Part shown: in pieces, positions 1 through 10,104 of the stretch
How the letters are laid out: each line of letters starts with the position of its first letter
Numbering within the stretch: position 1 is the first letter of the stretch
Assembly (NCBI RefSeq): GCF_028290435.1
Contig: NZ_JAQGJV010000020.1
Coordinates: 848 to 64,847, forward strand
Direction: 5' to 3'
DNA length: 64,000 nucleotides
Source: Devosia sp.
GTDB taxonomy: Bacteria > Pseudomonadota > Alphaproteobacteria > Rhizobiales > Devosiaceae
Program-made: the position numbers and the translations under genes
The notes under the pieces: generated by a model
The model's input: the letters and a program-made list of their open reading frames with translations, nothing else
Database searches by the model: none
What the model was told of the DNA's origin: nothing

Positions 1-160
1 CCCCGAATTCGGCGGCCAAGGCCTGGCGGATGTCGAGCGAGCCGGAAATCACCCGCAACTCGATAGCCTCGATGCCATAGGTTTGCGCCAGTTCTGCCGC
101 TTCGTGAACGGACAGATCGGGGCAGCCTAGGGTGGAGAAGCAATGGGTCAACGTGCTCAT
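1..160 (-). CDS. Sugar-phosphate isomerase/epimerase (TIM barrel), 5' part only
   Basis: Manual translation from ATG at 160: MSTLTHCFSTLGCPDLSVHEAAELAQTYGIEAIELR, typical of the N-terminus of this family. ATGA overlap with the upstream stop; runs off the window. Confidence 0.65.
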   Translation of the reverse strand, partial: MSTLTHCFSTLGCPDLSVHEAAELAQTYGIEAIELRVISGSLDIRQALAAEFG

Positions 161-1179
161 GCGATGCGGTCCAGTTCGGTTTCGCTCACCGCGAACAGCG
201 GCGGCTGGCCAGTGACGAAGCGTTCGATTTCGGTGATGGCGAGATCGGCCAGCCGGCGCAATTCATTGCCCTGGGCGCCGGCGATATGCGGCGTCAGCGC
301 GACATTGGGCAGATCGTAGAGCGGGCTTTCAGGCGGAAGCGGCTCGGGGTCTGGCGTATCGATCAGCACCCGCAGCCGCCCGGACTGCACTTCTGGCAGC
401 AGCGCATCGTGGTCGAGCAGCCAGCCGCGCGCGGTGTTGATGAGCACGGCATTGTCAGCCATCAGCGCCAGTTCGGCCGCGCCGATCATGTGGTGGGTTT
501 CGGGCAGGACCGGCGCGTGCAGCGATACCGTATCGGACCAGCCTAGCAGCGGGTGCAGGTCCATTTTGGTAGCGCCCATGGCGGCTGCATCCTCGGCGCT
601 GAGGAAGGGGTCGTAGACCGCGACGGCGAAATTGGCGTGCACCAGCATCTCGATGGTGAGCCTGCCTATGCGGGACGCGCCCACAATGCCGATACGGCGG
701 CGATAATTGCCGAGGTGCGACACGTCCATGCTGATGCGCGTGCCGAAGCCGCCCGTGCCGCGCTGCTCCCGATGGGTATCGCGGATGCGGAACACGTCCT
801 TGCCGCACATGATGATCGCGGCGAAGGTGAATTCGGCGACCGGCACGGCCATGGCCGACACCGCCGAGGTGATGAGAATGTCGCGCCGCCAGAACGGCGG
901 CGGGGCAACGGCGCGCACTGACGCCGCCGCATAGGCCACCATTTTGAGATTGGGCGCGCGCGCGAGCCGAGCTTCGGTCAAGGGAGGCACGCCCCAAGCG
1001 GCGAGCAGGATATCGGCATCGCGCAGGGCGGCTGCACCGGTGGGATCATCGAAATCGGTGAGGGCGTCGCGCAAGATGATGTCGGTGACCGCTTCAAGGC
1101 GCGTCCATTCCTCGGGGCCGAAGAAGCCAGCGGGCAATTCATCGCGCATGGCAAGCAGCAGCTTGGGTTTAGCGGTCAT
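157..1179 (-). CDS. D-isomer-specific 2-hydroxyacid dehydrogenase, NAD-binding
   Basis: GASRIG Rossmann motif plus SLHAP, INTARG and TPHIAG. Start re-called at MTAKPK, overlapping the upstream stop. Confidence 0.9.
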   Translation of the reverse strand: MTAKPKLLLAMRDELPAGFFGPEEWTRLEAVTDIILRDALTDFDDPTGAAALRDADILLAAWGVPPLTEARLARAPNLKMVAYAAASVRAVAPPPFWRRDILITSAVSAMAVPVAEFTFAAIIMCGKDVFRIRDTHREQRGTGGFGTRISMDVSHLGNYRRRIGIVGASRIGRLTIEMLVHANFAVAVYDPFLSAEDAAAMGATKMDLHPLLGWSDTVSLHAPVLPETHHMIGAAELALMADNAVLINTARGWLLDHDALLPEVQSGRLRVLIDTPDPEPLPPESPLYDLPNVALTPHIAGAQGNELRRLADLAITEIERFVTGQPPLFAVSETELDRIA

Positions 1180-2345
1180 GAGCGCACCGGAGCGGGAACG
1201 GGGCGGATGTCGATGTCGCCGATATCGAGATGGAGCGGGGTGGCTTCGGTGGCCAGGATCACGTCGAGGGTGAGGGTCGGCGAGTCCGTTCCCGGTCGCA
1301 GGCGGATGGGTGGTGTGCGCAAGAGGCCGCTCCAAGCCTCGGCCGGATAGGGCCAGAGTTGACCGTCGTCGGACTTGGAGGGGGCCAGGGAGATGGATCG
1401 CAGCCCCTCCTCCGCTGGATCGGTCAGAACGAGCGAGAGACCCAGAATGCCTTGATGGGCGGGCACGGCGATGGTGCAGCTGGCCGTTATCCAGGCGCCA
1501 GCACCGGGATAGACGATGTCGTCGGCCAGGACGTGGCTCGAACTAGCGGTTGCGTTGATCGACTGGTCTTGGGCGCGGGTGAGATTGCCGAGCGGGTTGT
1601 TGATGGCGTCGAAGCGGTCGTCCGGCGCTACGAGCCGGGGGGCGGCATGGGGGACGAGCGAGGCCAGGTAGGTGGCCAAGGCCTTCCCCACGGCGAAGCC
1701 GCCGGTGACGGAGAAATGGGTGCCGTCATTGGAGAAGCCGGCCTGGGGCGTGCCGTCGGGATCGGCGGTGTCGACCCAGGGGGCGTTCCAATCGAAGACG
1801 TGGCAATTGGCGTGGCGGGCGGCGAAATCCAGGCTCATCTGGTTGATCCAGTGCGCCTTGGCGCGCTCGGCGCCGCCTGATGCCCATTTTTGGGTGCCAC
1901 GCGCCAGAATGGGCAGCAGGATCACGGTCTTGCCGGCGGCGAGCACGGTCGTGGCGATGCGAGCACGGATTTCGGCGATGGTTTCCTTGGTTTCCACCAT
2001 CATGTCATTGGTGCCGGCATCGACAACGATCAGATCGAACTCCTCAGCCAGCAATCGGGCGACGCGCCGCTCGATCTCGATGGCCTTCTGGCCGGAGACG
2101 CCGAAATTGAGCCCGGTGAAGAAGCGACTGATGCCGGGCTGATTGCTGCGCTCCCAGCCTGGCACGACGGCCGGATCGTGATGGATCGGGCAGGCCAGCC
2201 GCCCATGCGACAGCACTTCGGCCCAGCTCATCCAGCCGCGCGCCGAGGTGGCGATATGACTGTCGCTGCCATTGTGATTTTGCTGCACGAGCGAGGTGCC
2301 AAGAATGGCAATTCGCCCGGCGCGGGGGATGGAAACAGCCATCAT
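1176..2345 (-). CDS. SGNH/GDSL hydrolase with extra C-terminal domain
   Basis: Blocks ILGTSL (Ser), FGVSGQ, DAGTND and DGTH. Start re-called at MMAVSIP after GAGG. Confidence 0.8.
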   Translation of the reverse strand: MMAVSIPRAGRIAILGTSLVQQNHNGSDSHIATSARGWMSWAEVLSHGRLACPIHHDPAVVPGWERSNQPGISRFFTGLNFGVSGQKAIEIERRVARLLAEEFDLIVVDAGTNDMMVETKETIAEIRARIATTVLAAGKTVILLPILARGTQKWASGGAERAKAHWINQMSLDFAARHANCHVFDWNAPWVDTADPDGTPQAGFSNDGTHFSVTGGFAVGKALATYLASLVPHAAPRLVAPDDRFDAINNPLGNLTRAQDQSINATASSSHVLADDIVYPGAGAWITASCTIAVPAHQGILGLSLVLTDPAEEGLRSISLAPSKSDDGQLWPYPAEAWSGLLRTPPIRLRPGTDSPTLTLDVILATEATPLHLDIGDIDIRPVPAPVRS

Positions 2346-2349
2346 TGCC

Positions 2350-3099
2350 TCAGGAATAGAGCACGCCACCGTTGATGTCGTAGCAGGCGCCGGTGATATA
2401 GGCCGCATCGTCGGACGCAAGGAACGCCACCAGCCCGGCCACGTCTTCGGAGGTGCCTTCACGCTTGAGCAGGGCCGCGCCCGCGACCCGTTCGCGCACT
2501 TCGGGCTTGGTGAAGGTGTCGTGGAAGGCAGTCGCGATCATGCCGGGGCAGACGGCGTTGACCCGAATACGCGGTCCGGCTTCCTTGGCCAAACCACGGG
2601 TAAAAGTCATCACCGCGCCCTTTGAGGTGGCGTAAGCGATGGCGCCGGGGCCGCCGCCGTCGCGACCGGCCTGAGAGGAGAAGGTGACGATGGCGCCGCC
2701 CTCGGTCATTTCGGGCAATACGGCTTGTGTCGTGAGGAAGAGCGAGGTGAGATTGACGCTCATCACCTGGTTCCAGAACGTCTCGTCCATTTCGGCCAAG
2801 GTCTTGCGCGCCACCAGCCCACCAGCGACATGGACCAGCCCATGGATGGCGCCGAAACGGTCGGTGGCGGCGGCCACGGCGGCGTCGACTGCTTCCTTCT
2901 GCGTCAGGTCGGCCTTGAGCGCGATGGCCTTGCCGCCGCGCTGTTCGATTTCGGCCACGGCGGAGCGGGCGCCCTCCTCCGCGCCATTATAGGTCAGCAC
3001 CACATTGGCGCCTTCCTCGGCAAAGCGCAGGGCGCAGGCGCGGCCGATATCGCGGCCGGCACCGGCAACGAGGACAGTCTTGTTGGAAAAGCGCTGCAT
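2350..3099 (-). CDS. SDR oxidoreductase, probable DEH (4-deoxy-L-erythro-5-hexoseulose uronate) reductase
   Basis: GAGRDIG, YATSK and NAVCPG motifs; directly downstream of the alginate lyase, as in Agrobacterium/Sphingomonas alginate loci. Confidence 0.85.
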   Translation of the reverse strand: MQRFSNKTVLVAGAGRDIGRACALRFAEEGANVVLTYNGAEEGARSAVAEIEQRGGKAIALKADLTQKEAVDAAVAAATDRFGAIHGLVHVAGGLVARKTLAEMDETFWNQVMSVNLTSLFLTTQAVLPEMTEGGAIVTFSSQAGRDGGGPGAIAYATSKGAVMTFTRGLAKEAGPRIRVNAVCPGMIATAFHDTFTKPEVRERVAGAALLKREGTSEDVAGLVAFLASDDAAYITGACYDINGGVLYS

Positions 3100-3114
3100 G
3101 ATGAAACCTCTGAT

Positions 3115-5445
3115 CTAGAATTTCTTGGGAAGGGTGAGCTTGAAGCGCTGGTCATCGACATCGGTGAAATAGATGTCGGTGGCAAAACCCTGGTCGTCGA
3201 TGAAGCTGAAAATGCGCTTGGGCGCGTCGAGGCTGTAGGGGACCAGCAGGGTGACCAACACATGGCTCCTGGCTGCCGGAACGCTGGCCCGGATGTGATG
3301 GTGCTGTTCCAGTCCCTCGGTATCGGCGGGGTCGATTTCGGGGAAACCATGCACTGCAGTGATGGTGGGCGCGCCAGCGGACGAGAACACGAATTGCCCG
3401 TAAAACCCGGCCCGCTCGCCGTGATAGCGGAAGCTTGTGCGGCCGGCATCGGGCGCATTGGTGGTGTGGCAAAGCCAGTCCAGCGTGACGGGTTCGGTGG
3501 CTTCCACACGATCGACGATGACGAAATAGCTGTCATCGACGAAATGGATTTCGCGCTCGGCTTTCTGCACAAGCGGATTGGTCACGCGATACGCCTCGGT
3601 CGCGTCCCCGACGATGCGGACATGGCCGGGAGCTTCTTCGACGGAGACAATCTGGCCGGCGGCGCGACGGGCCAGGGCCTTGTCCTTGTCGGCATACTGG
3701 CCCTTGCCGTCGATCAGGATGGCATTTTTAGAGCGGGTCTGGCGCCGCCAGTCGCGGTGCATGCTGGAATTGAACGCCACGTAATGGCCGGACTGGATCG
3801 CCAGGTCCTCGCCATAGGCATAGAGCAGGAAGGCGTTTTGATCGCCGTGACTGTGGCTGAGCGAGCCATAGGCACTCGACTTGAACAGGAACTGAATGTG
3901 CCGCGCCGGATCATCCATGTGCTTCTGAATGGCGACCCAGCCGATATCTTTGAACCATTTTACGGCAGGCAGATCGGCCGGCGACAGCGCCTCGACCGGC
4001 GCGAAATCGTGCCGGTATTGCAGGTCGTCGAAATTGAGATCCCACCAGCCGTAATTGTAGAAGGCCATTTCGGTGCCGGCGGCGTCGGCCTTAAGTCGTT
4101 CGAAATACCATTGATAATGGCCGTTCCCCGTGACCCCGCCGAACTGGCGCACATTGTAGCCCACCTTGAGGCCGGGCAGATCGCCCAGCGTTGAATCATC
4201 GCCGAAGCAGGCGCGGCGCGTGCCGGGGGCCTTGGTGTAGAGCGGAAAGCCCCCGGTATTCTGGAAGAACGGGCGGCGATAGAGATCGACGCCGAGGTAT
4301 TTGCGCAGGAGATTAGCCGCCTCGATGAAATAGGCGATGCCGGTCATCCAGTAATGCGGACCCTCGGCCCAGCCGCCATCGGTGCCGGCCCAGGGCGAAT
4401 AAAGCGTGGCGAGGAAATCGAGCGTGTAGTCGAGCCAGACCGTGGCCTCCTCACTCTCGCCATCGAGCGCGATGCAGGCCGGGGTCAGCACGGCCGACAG
4501 CGAACGCACGGCGTGGCTGTCATAGGGGAAGACCTGGATGCGGGCATGGGCGATGACGTGGTTGGCCACTTCGCGCGTCCGGATCAGCAGCACGGCGCGG
4601 ACCTCGTCGCGCTCGGCCTCGGTCAGGTGATCGTGCAGCCAGTCATAGCCCCAGGCCAAAGCCACGACGACACGGAAACCGGCTTCGTCATTATAGGCGC
4701 GCGAGGTCGGCCCGGTCGGGTCCCAACGGGCAACGGCGAGCAGCCAGTCGCGAGATTTATCCAGCAGTTCGATACGGCCCAGCACCTTGCCGGCGATGGC
4801 GAGGTGGCGGATCGCGTAGATGATCTCCTGGCAGTCGATATACATCTGCCGCCACAGCGTCGCGACGCGGACATTGTCGGGATAGGGTTTCGGCTCGGCG
4901 ATGATGGGCCGGTCGATCCATGGAGCGACCGATTTCTCGTAGAACTGGTCCCAGCCGGCATGGCCGGCATCGGCTTTGACCGAGGCCAAGAATGTGCCCA
5001 GCTCGTCCGGATTCATCCACAGTCGGGGATGGCGCAAATCGCTCGCCGCGCGGCGAGCCGCGATCGATGGCACCGGCGTTTCTGGCAAACCTTCGGCCAG
5101 ATCGAAACTGCGGACGCTGCTCCAATCCGAACCTGCTGCGCCGGTCTTGCCGTCCCAAAGGGCGTAGCTCCAGAAATGGCGACCCGGCGGCAGTGATGCA
5201 TCGGGGGTGAAGAAATTCCACGCGAGGTCCGTGTGGACGCTGGTGCGGCCTTCGGGAAAGCTCGAAGCATCGGAGACGCGCAGCACATAGCGCGCACCGT
5301 CGTCGATATCGGGTAGCCATGAAAAGCGCGGCGGGTTCTCCGTCGGCGCGTGGTCCGCGTCGGGCATATAGGTGATGGTCAACGAACCCGGCCGGGGTTC
5401 ATCGAGAATGGATTTGCGCAGCTTGGCCGGGGCAGAGGAACGCAT
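3115..5445 (-). CDS. Exotype oligoalginate lyase, PL15 (Atu3025-like)
   Basis: Segments recalled from A. tumefaciens Atu3025: DEPRPGSLTI, TENPPRFSW, YDSHAVRS, WAEGPHYW, SHSHGDQNAF, C-terminal FKLTLPKKF. Confidence 0.92.
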   Translation of the reverse strand: MRSSAPAKLRKSILDEPRPGSLTITYMPDADHAPTENPPRFSWLPDIDDGARYVLRVSDASSFPEGRTSVHTDLAWNFFTPDASLPPGRHFWSYALWDGKTGAAGSDWSSVRSFDLAEGLPETPVPSIAARRAASDLRHPRLWMNPDELGTFLASVKADAGHAGWDQFYEKSVAPWIDRPIIAEPKPYPDNVRVATLWRQMYIDCQEIIYAIRHLAIAGKVLGRIELLDKSRDWLLAVARWDPTGPTSRAYNDEAGFRVVVALAWGYDWLHDHLTEAERDEVRAVLLIRTREVANHVIAHARIQVFPYDSHAVRSLSAVLTPACIALDGESEEATVWLDYTLDFLATLYSPWAGTDGGWAEGPHYWMTGIAYFIEAANLLRKYLGVDLYRRPFFQNTGGFPLYTKAPGTRRACFGDDSTLGDLPGLKVGYNVRQFGGVTGNGHYQWYFERLKADAAGTEMAFYNYGWWDLNFDDLQYRHDFAPVEALSPADLPAVKWFKDIGWVAIQKHMDDPARHIQFLFKSSAYGSLSHSHGDQNAFLLYAYGEDLAIQSGHYVAFNSSMHRDWRRQTRSKNAILIDGKGQYADKDKALARRAAGQIVSVEEAPGHVRIVGDATEAYRVTNPLVQKAEREIHFVDDSYFVIVDRVEATEPVTLDWLCHTTNAPDAGRTSFRYHGERAGFYGQFVFSSAGAPTITAVHGFPEIDPADTEGLEQHHHIRASVPAARSHVLVTLLVPYSLDAPKRIFSFIDDQGFATDIYFTDVDDQRFKLTLPKKF

Positions 5446-5476
5446 CGCCTGCTGAACTCCTGATCAAGGGAAGGGT

Positions 5477-5502
5477 GGGTGGCGGCGGGGAGGCCGCCAC
5501 CC
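5477..5502. other. Intergenic hairpin after the SBP gene
   Basis: GGGTGGCGGC-N6-GCCGCCACCC, perfect 10-bp stem. Confidence 0.6.
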
Positions 5503-5517
5503 GGGAGGACGGAACCG

Positions 5518-7101
5518 CTATTGCGCGGCGCCGTATTGGCGGTCATAGGCGGTCTGCATGACCGCGATGACTTGGTCGTAGCCCATATCGGTCAGGCGCT
5601 GCTTGTAGGCATCCCAGCCGGTATTGATGTCCTGCGCGCCAAGCACCCAGGTCTGCTGCATCTCGGTCATGTAGGTGAGCAGGCTCGGCCAGTATTGATC
5701 GTAGATCGCCTTTTCCTCGGCATTGAGCGCGACCCCCAGGAACTCGTCCTTGAGGCAATCGCATTTCTCGTACATGGCGATGCCATCGAGCGCGATCTGG
5801 TTGGTCCACTGGCGCTCATATTCATAGTCCATCCAGTAACCGCGCGGCACCTGGGCGCCCACGGCCCAGAGCTGGGCATTGACCGGCTCGCCATTGGTCA
5901 GCAGCTCTTTTTTGAACTGCGGCTTGCCGTCGACCATGTCGTAGGTCAGCCCTTCGACGCCGAAATTCGACATGGTCCGGCCCTGTTCGGAGAACCAGAA
6001 GTCGAAATATTTGATGGTTTCGACCGGGTGTTGGTTGGTGGCCGATATGGCCCAGCCGGCGGGCTGCACCTGTTGGCGGCGCGTGTCCTCGAAGCGGTCG
6101 CCCGACACGGTCTTGGGCGGCAGCATGGGGACGAAGTTGAAACCCTCGATGGTGGGCCGCAGCGCGTCATTATAGGTGGCGGTGCTGGCGAACCAGTCAT
6201 GCATCATGCCGCCCAGATTGTTGCCGAGCAGGAATTCGCGCGACCGGGAGCCGCGGGTGAAGATCTCCTTGTCGATCAGCCCTTCCTTGTACCACTGCGC
6301 CACATTGGAAATGCCGGTTTTGTAGTTCTCTTCAGCCCAGGGATGGCGCACCTTGCCGTCATAGGTGGCAAAATCGCCGTAGCGCTCGGAGCCGGAGACG
6401 CGGGCGTCCCAGAGGTTGATCAGGCGGACGGCATCGACCACATCCCGGGCGAAGTACGGGACTTCGTCCTTGACGCCATTGCCATTGGGGTCCTGGTCGC
6501 GGAAGGCCGTGAGGACGGCGTGGACTTCCTCTGGCGTTTCAGGCTGCTTCAGGCCCAGCTTGTCCAGCCAGTCCTGGCGGATAAACCAGCCGCGCGAAAA
6601 CTTCCCGTCCGGCACATAGGGGATGAAGTAGATATTGCCGTCCGGGCCCGAGATCGATGCCTTGATCGCAGGGTGGCTGTCGAAGAAGGCCTTGAGATTC
6701 GGCGCGTTCTGTTCGATCAGGTCGTTGAGCGGAACGAAGGCGCCCTCCAGCCCGTAACGGATGAAATCGTCCTTCAGCCCGCCCGTCGCGTCGCCACCCA
6801 CGATGTCGGGCAGATTGCCCGAAGCGATCAACAGGTTGAAGGCGTCGCGACTGCTGGTCGTTGCCAGCGAGGCCACATTGCGCACGTGGATATTGGTTAG
6901 CTCGGCGGCCTTCTTCTCCACCGGCCAATCTTCCGTGTAGACGTATTTGTCGCGGAAATGGAAGTGGATGGTGAGCTCGAGCGGCTCCTCGGTAATCTTA
7001 GGCGCCTCCTGCGCCCAGGCCAGATTTGGGATGACCAGGTTTGGTGCGGTCAGGGCGACCGCGATGGTCATGCTCAACACGCCTTTGAGAAATGCTTTCA
7101 C
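5518..7101 (-). CDS. algQ: Alginate-oligosaccharide ABC substrate-binding protein (AlgQ1/Q2-like)
   Basis: Signal peptide; IHFHFRDKY, YFIPYVPDG, HDWFAST and DYEYERQW match recalled Sphingomonas A1 AlgQ. Confidence 0.88.
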   Translation of the reverse strand: MKAFLKGVLSMTIAVALTAPNLVIPNLAWAQEAPKITEEPLELTIHFHFRDKYVYTEDWPVEKKAAELTNIHVRNVASLATTSSRDAFNLLIASGNLPDIVGGDATGGLKDDFIRYGLEGAFVPLNDLIEQNAPNLKAFFDSHPAIKASISGPDGNIYFIPYVPDGKFSRGWFIRQDWLDKLGLKQPETPEEVHAVLTAFRDQDPNGNGVKDEVPYFARDVVDAVRLINLWDARVSGSERYGDFATYDGKVRHPWAEENYKTGISNVAQWYKEGLIDKEIFTRGSRSREFLLGNNLGGMMHDWFASTATYNDALRPTIEGFNFVPMLPPKTVSGDRFEDTRRQQVQPAGWAISATNQHPVETIKYFDFWFSEQGRTMSNFGVEGLTYDMVDGKPQFKKELLTNGEPVNAQLWAVGAQVPRGYWMDYEYERQWTNQIALDGIAMYEKCDCLKDEFLGVALNAEEKAIYDQYWPSLLTYMTEMQQTWVLGAQDINTGWDAYKQRLTDMGYDQVIAVMQTAYDRQYGAAQ

Positions 7102-7125
7102 AGGATTTCCTCCCTTGTGGTGCAG

Positions 7126-8007
7126 TTATTCTTTGACGCCACCCAGCAGGATGCCTTTGGTGAAATAGCGCTGGGCGTAGGGGTAAATGATGAGGACGGG
7201 AATGATCGAGGCGACCATGATCGCGGCCGTTACCGTCTCGAACGAGTACTGGGCATTGAGCAGGCTCGAAGCGAATTCGTCGTTGGAATTGAGATCGACG
7301 ATGACGCGCTTGAGATAGACCTGCAGCGGGATTTTATCTTCGCCGCGCAGCAGCACCATGGCCCAGAAATAGCCGTTCCAGCGCGAGACGATGCAGAACA
7401 GCGCAACCGTGACGATCGCGGGTTTGGAGAGGGGAATGAACACCTTCCACAGCAGTTGGATTTCGCTGGCGCCATCCATCTTGGCGGCTTCCTCGAAGGA
7501 CTTGGGAACGGCTTCGAAGAAGTTGCGCAGCAGGATCACGTTGAAGGCATTGCAGGCAAAGCCGATGATGATGCCGAAGCGGCTATCGAGCAGTCCCAGA
7601 TCCCGCATATTGAGGAAGAAGGGGATCATGCCGGCGTTGAACCAGAGCGTGAAGGCGATGGCGATGTTGAAGAATGTCCGCCCGCGCAGCCGCTTGCGGG
7701 ACAGCGCATAGGCGCCCGGGATCATGATGAGGAGGCTCATCAGCGTGCCGCCGAAGGTGTAGATGAAGGTGTTGCCATAGGCGACCCAGAACATCTTGTC
7801 CGACAGCACCCGCTCGTAGGCGGCCAGTGTCAGCCCGACCGGAAAGAACGTGACCTTGCCCGAGGTGACGGCCGCGCCCGAAGACACCGACACCGCCAGG
7901 ATGTAGATGAACGGATACAGCGTCGAGAGCACGAACAGCGTCAGCAGGACCGCATTGGCCCATCCGAAAATCTTGTCGCCGCGCGTATAGAGATTGAAGG
8001 CTGCCAT
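7126..8007 (-). CDS. algM2: ABC permease (AlgM2-like)
   Basis: EAA loop FEEAAKMDGA, TM helices, operon position. Confidence 0.85.
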   Translation of the reverse strand: MAAFNLYTRGDKIFGWANAVLLTLFVLSTLYPFIYILAVSVSSGAAVTSGKVTFFPVGLTLAAYERVLSDKMFWVAYGNTFIYTFGGTLMSLLIMIPGAYALSRKRLRGRTFFNIAIAFTLWFNAGMIPFFLNMRDLGLLDSRFGIIIGFACNAFNVILLRNFFEAVPKSFEEAAKMDGASEIQLLWKVFIPLSKPAIVTVALFCIVSRWNGYFWAMVLLRGEDKIPLQVYLKRVIVDLNSNDEFASSLLNAQYSFETVTAAIMVASIIPVLIIYPYAQRYFTKGILLGGVKE

Positions 8008-8018
8008 TTATCTTCTCC

Positions 8019-8948
8019 TCACCACAGCGACGTCGACGACAGCTTCCGGCTGATCCGGTTGGCCGAGTAGACGAGGACGAAGGCGATGACGGCGTTGAAC
8101 AGGCCGGCAGCAGTTGCCAGGTCGTATTGGGTGCCCTGCAGGCCGGTGCGGTAAATGAAGGTGGAGACCACGTCGGCCGTCTCGTAGGTCGAGGGCTGGT
8201 AGAGCAGGATGATGTATTCAAAGCCCACTTCGACCAGATTGCCGATGCGGATGATCAGCATGATGATGATGGTGGGCAGGATGCAAGGCAGCGTGATGCG
8301 CCACATCATCTGCCAGCGCGAGGCGCCGTCGACGCGGGCACTTTCGTAAAGCGTCGGGCTGACCCCGGCGATCGCCGCCAGATAAACGATGGATTCAAAA
8401 CCCGCTTCCTTCCAGACGCTGGACCCGATGAAGATGGTTCGGAACCACTCGGGCTGGGTCAGGAAATAGATGGGTTCGAGGCCGACCCATTTGAGCAGGA
8501 TGTTGATGACCCCGGTCGATGGCGACAGAAAATTGATGACGATACCGGCGACGATGACCACCGAGATGAAGTGCGGCAGATAGACCACGGTCTGGGCCCA
8601 GCGCCGCGCCACCGCGCTCTGCACTTCGTTGAACATCAGCGCCAGGATGATCGGTACCGGGAAGGCGAAGATCAGGCCGATTGAGCTGATAATGATGGTG
8701 TTGAAGAACGCGCGGATGAACAGCCCGTTGTTGAACAGCTCCTGGAAATGGGCGAACCCGACCCAGGGGCTGGCAGCGACGCCGCGGAAAATCGAAAAAT
8801 CCTTGAAGGCGATCTGCAGCCCGTCCATGGGCTTGTAGAGGAACAGCACAAACCAGATGACCATGGGCGCCAGCAGCAGGTAGAGCTGCCAATCGCGCTT
8901 CAGATCTTCGCCGAGCGTGCGCAGATATTCGCGAAAGCGGTGGTCCAT
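8019..8948 (-). CDS. algM1: ABC permease (AlgM1-like)
   Basis: LYESARVDGA EAA motif, YLPHFIS. Start re-called at MDHRFRE. Confidence 0.85.
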   Translation of the reverse strand: MDHRFREYLRTLGEDLKRDWQLYLLLAPMVIWFVLFLYKPMDGLQIAFKDFSIFRGVAASPWVGFAHFQELFNNGLFIRAFFNTIIISSIGLIFAFPVPIILALMFNEVQSAVARRWAQTVVYLPHFISVVIVAGIVINFLSPSTGVINILLKWVGLEPIYFLTQPEWFRTIFIGSSVWKEAGFESIVYLAAIAGVSPTLYESARVDGASRWQMMWRITLPCILPTIIIMLIIRIGNLVEVGFEYIILLYQPSTYETADVVSTFIYRTGLQGTQYDLATAAGLFNAVIAFVLVYSANRISRKLSSTSLW

Positions 8949-8958
8949 CGCCCTGCCC

Positions 8959-10062
8959 TCACGCCAGCGTCTTGAGGGTTCGACCCGTTTCGGCGTCGAA
9001 GACATGCATGCGACTAGTGTCGATCCCCAATCGGCGGATATCGGCGAGGTCGTGGATGGCCGAAAGGGTCTCGGCCTTGGCGATGAAGGGATGATCATCG
9101 ATGCGGCCATGCAGCAGCGCCTCGGCACCCAGCGGCTCGACCAGATCGATGACGCAGTCGATGCCCTCGGCGGCGGAATCCGCTGCGACCAGCATGGCCT
9201 CGGGCCGGATGCCGAGCTTGACGGCTTGGCCGTCCCTTGTGTTGCGGGCGAAAGCCTCGGGAATGGCCAGGCTCTGCCCTGCCCCACCAGCAATCACGCC
9301 ACGAGCCTTGCCATCGACCATCGAGATTGTCGCGTCGATCAGGTTCATCGGCGGGGAGCCGATAAAGCTGGCCACAAAGGTATTGGCCGGCTCAAGAAAC
9401 ACGTCCATGGGCGAGCCGACCTGCTCGATATGGCCGTTGTTCATGATGACGATACGGTCAGCCAGTGTCATGGCCTCGACCTGGTCATGCGTCACGTAAA
9501 TGCTGGTGGCTTCCATCCGGCGGTGCAGCAGCTTGATCTCGGCGCGCATATGGGTACGCAGCTTGGCATCGAGATTGGAAAGCGGCTCGTCGAACAGGAA
9601 AACCTTGGGCTTGCGTACGATGGCGCGGCCCATGGCGACGCGCTGGCGCTGGCCACCGGAGAGGTCGGCGGGCTTGCGCTTGAGATACTCGGTCAGGCCC
9701 AGAATTTGCGCTGCCTCGGCCACCGCCTTGTTGACCACATCCTTCTTTTCGCGCCGCACCCGCAGCCCGAAGGCGATGTTTTCAGCCACATCGAGATGGG
9801 GGTAGAGCGCATAGTTCTGGAACACCATGGCCACGTCGCGATCTTTGGGCGCGACCTTGTTGACCGTGCGCCCGCCGATGGACACCGTGCCGCCTGATAT
9901 GTCTTCGAGCCCGGCCACCATGCGCAAGGTTGTCGACTTGCCGCAGCCGGAGGGACCCACCAGCACCACGAATTCCTTGGGTTGGATGGAGAGGTTGATG
10001 CCGTGCACAACCTCAAGCGCGCCATAGCGCTTGACGACGTCGTTGATCTCGACTGCGGACAT
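8959..10062 (-). CDS. algS: ABC ATPase (AlgS/MalK-like)
   Basis: [25 protein letters not shown]. Confidence 0.9.
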   Translation of the reverse strand: MSAVEINDVVKRYGALEVVHGINLSIQPKEFVVLVGPSGCGKSTTLRMVAGLEDISGGTVSIGGRTVNKVAPKDRDVAMVFQNYALYPHLDVAENIAFGLRVRREKKDVVNKAVAEAAQILGLTEYLKRKPADLSGGQRQRVAMGRAIVRKPKVFLFDEPLSNLDAKLRTHMRAEIKLLHRRMEATSIYVTHDQVEAMTLADRIVIMNNGHIEQVGSPMDVFLEPANTFVASFIGSPPMNLIDATISMVDGKARGVIAGGAGQSLAIPEAFARNTRDGQAVKLGIRPEAMLVAADSAAEGIDCVIDLVEPLGAEALLHGRIDDHPFIAKAETLSAIHDLADIRRLGIDTSRMHVFDAETGRTLKTLA

Positions 10063-10104
10063 GGAAAGGCTCCTCCTCAGGGCCCTGGAGTTTCAGGAGA
10101 CGGT

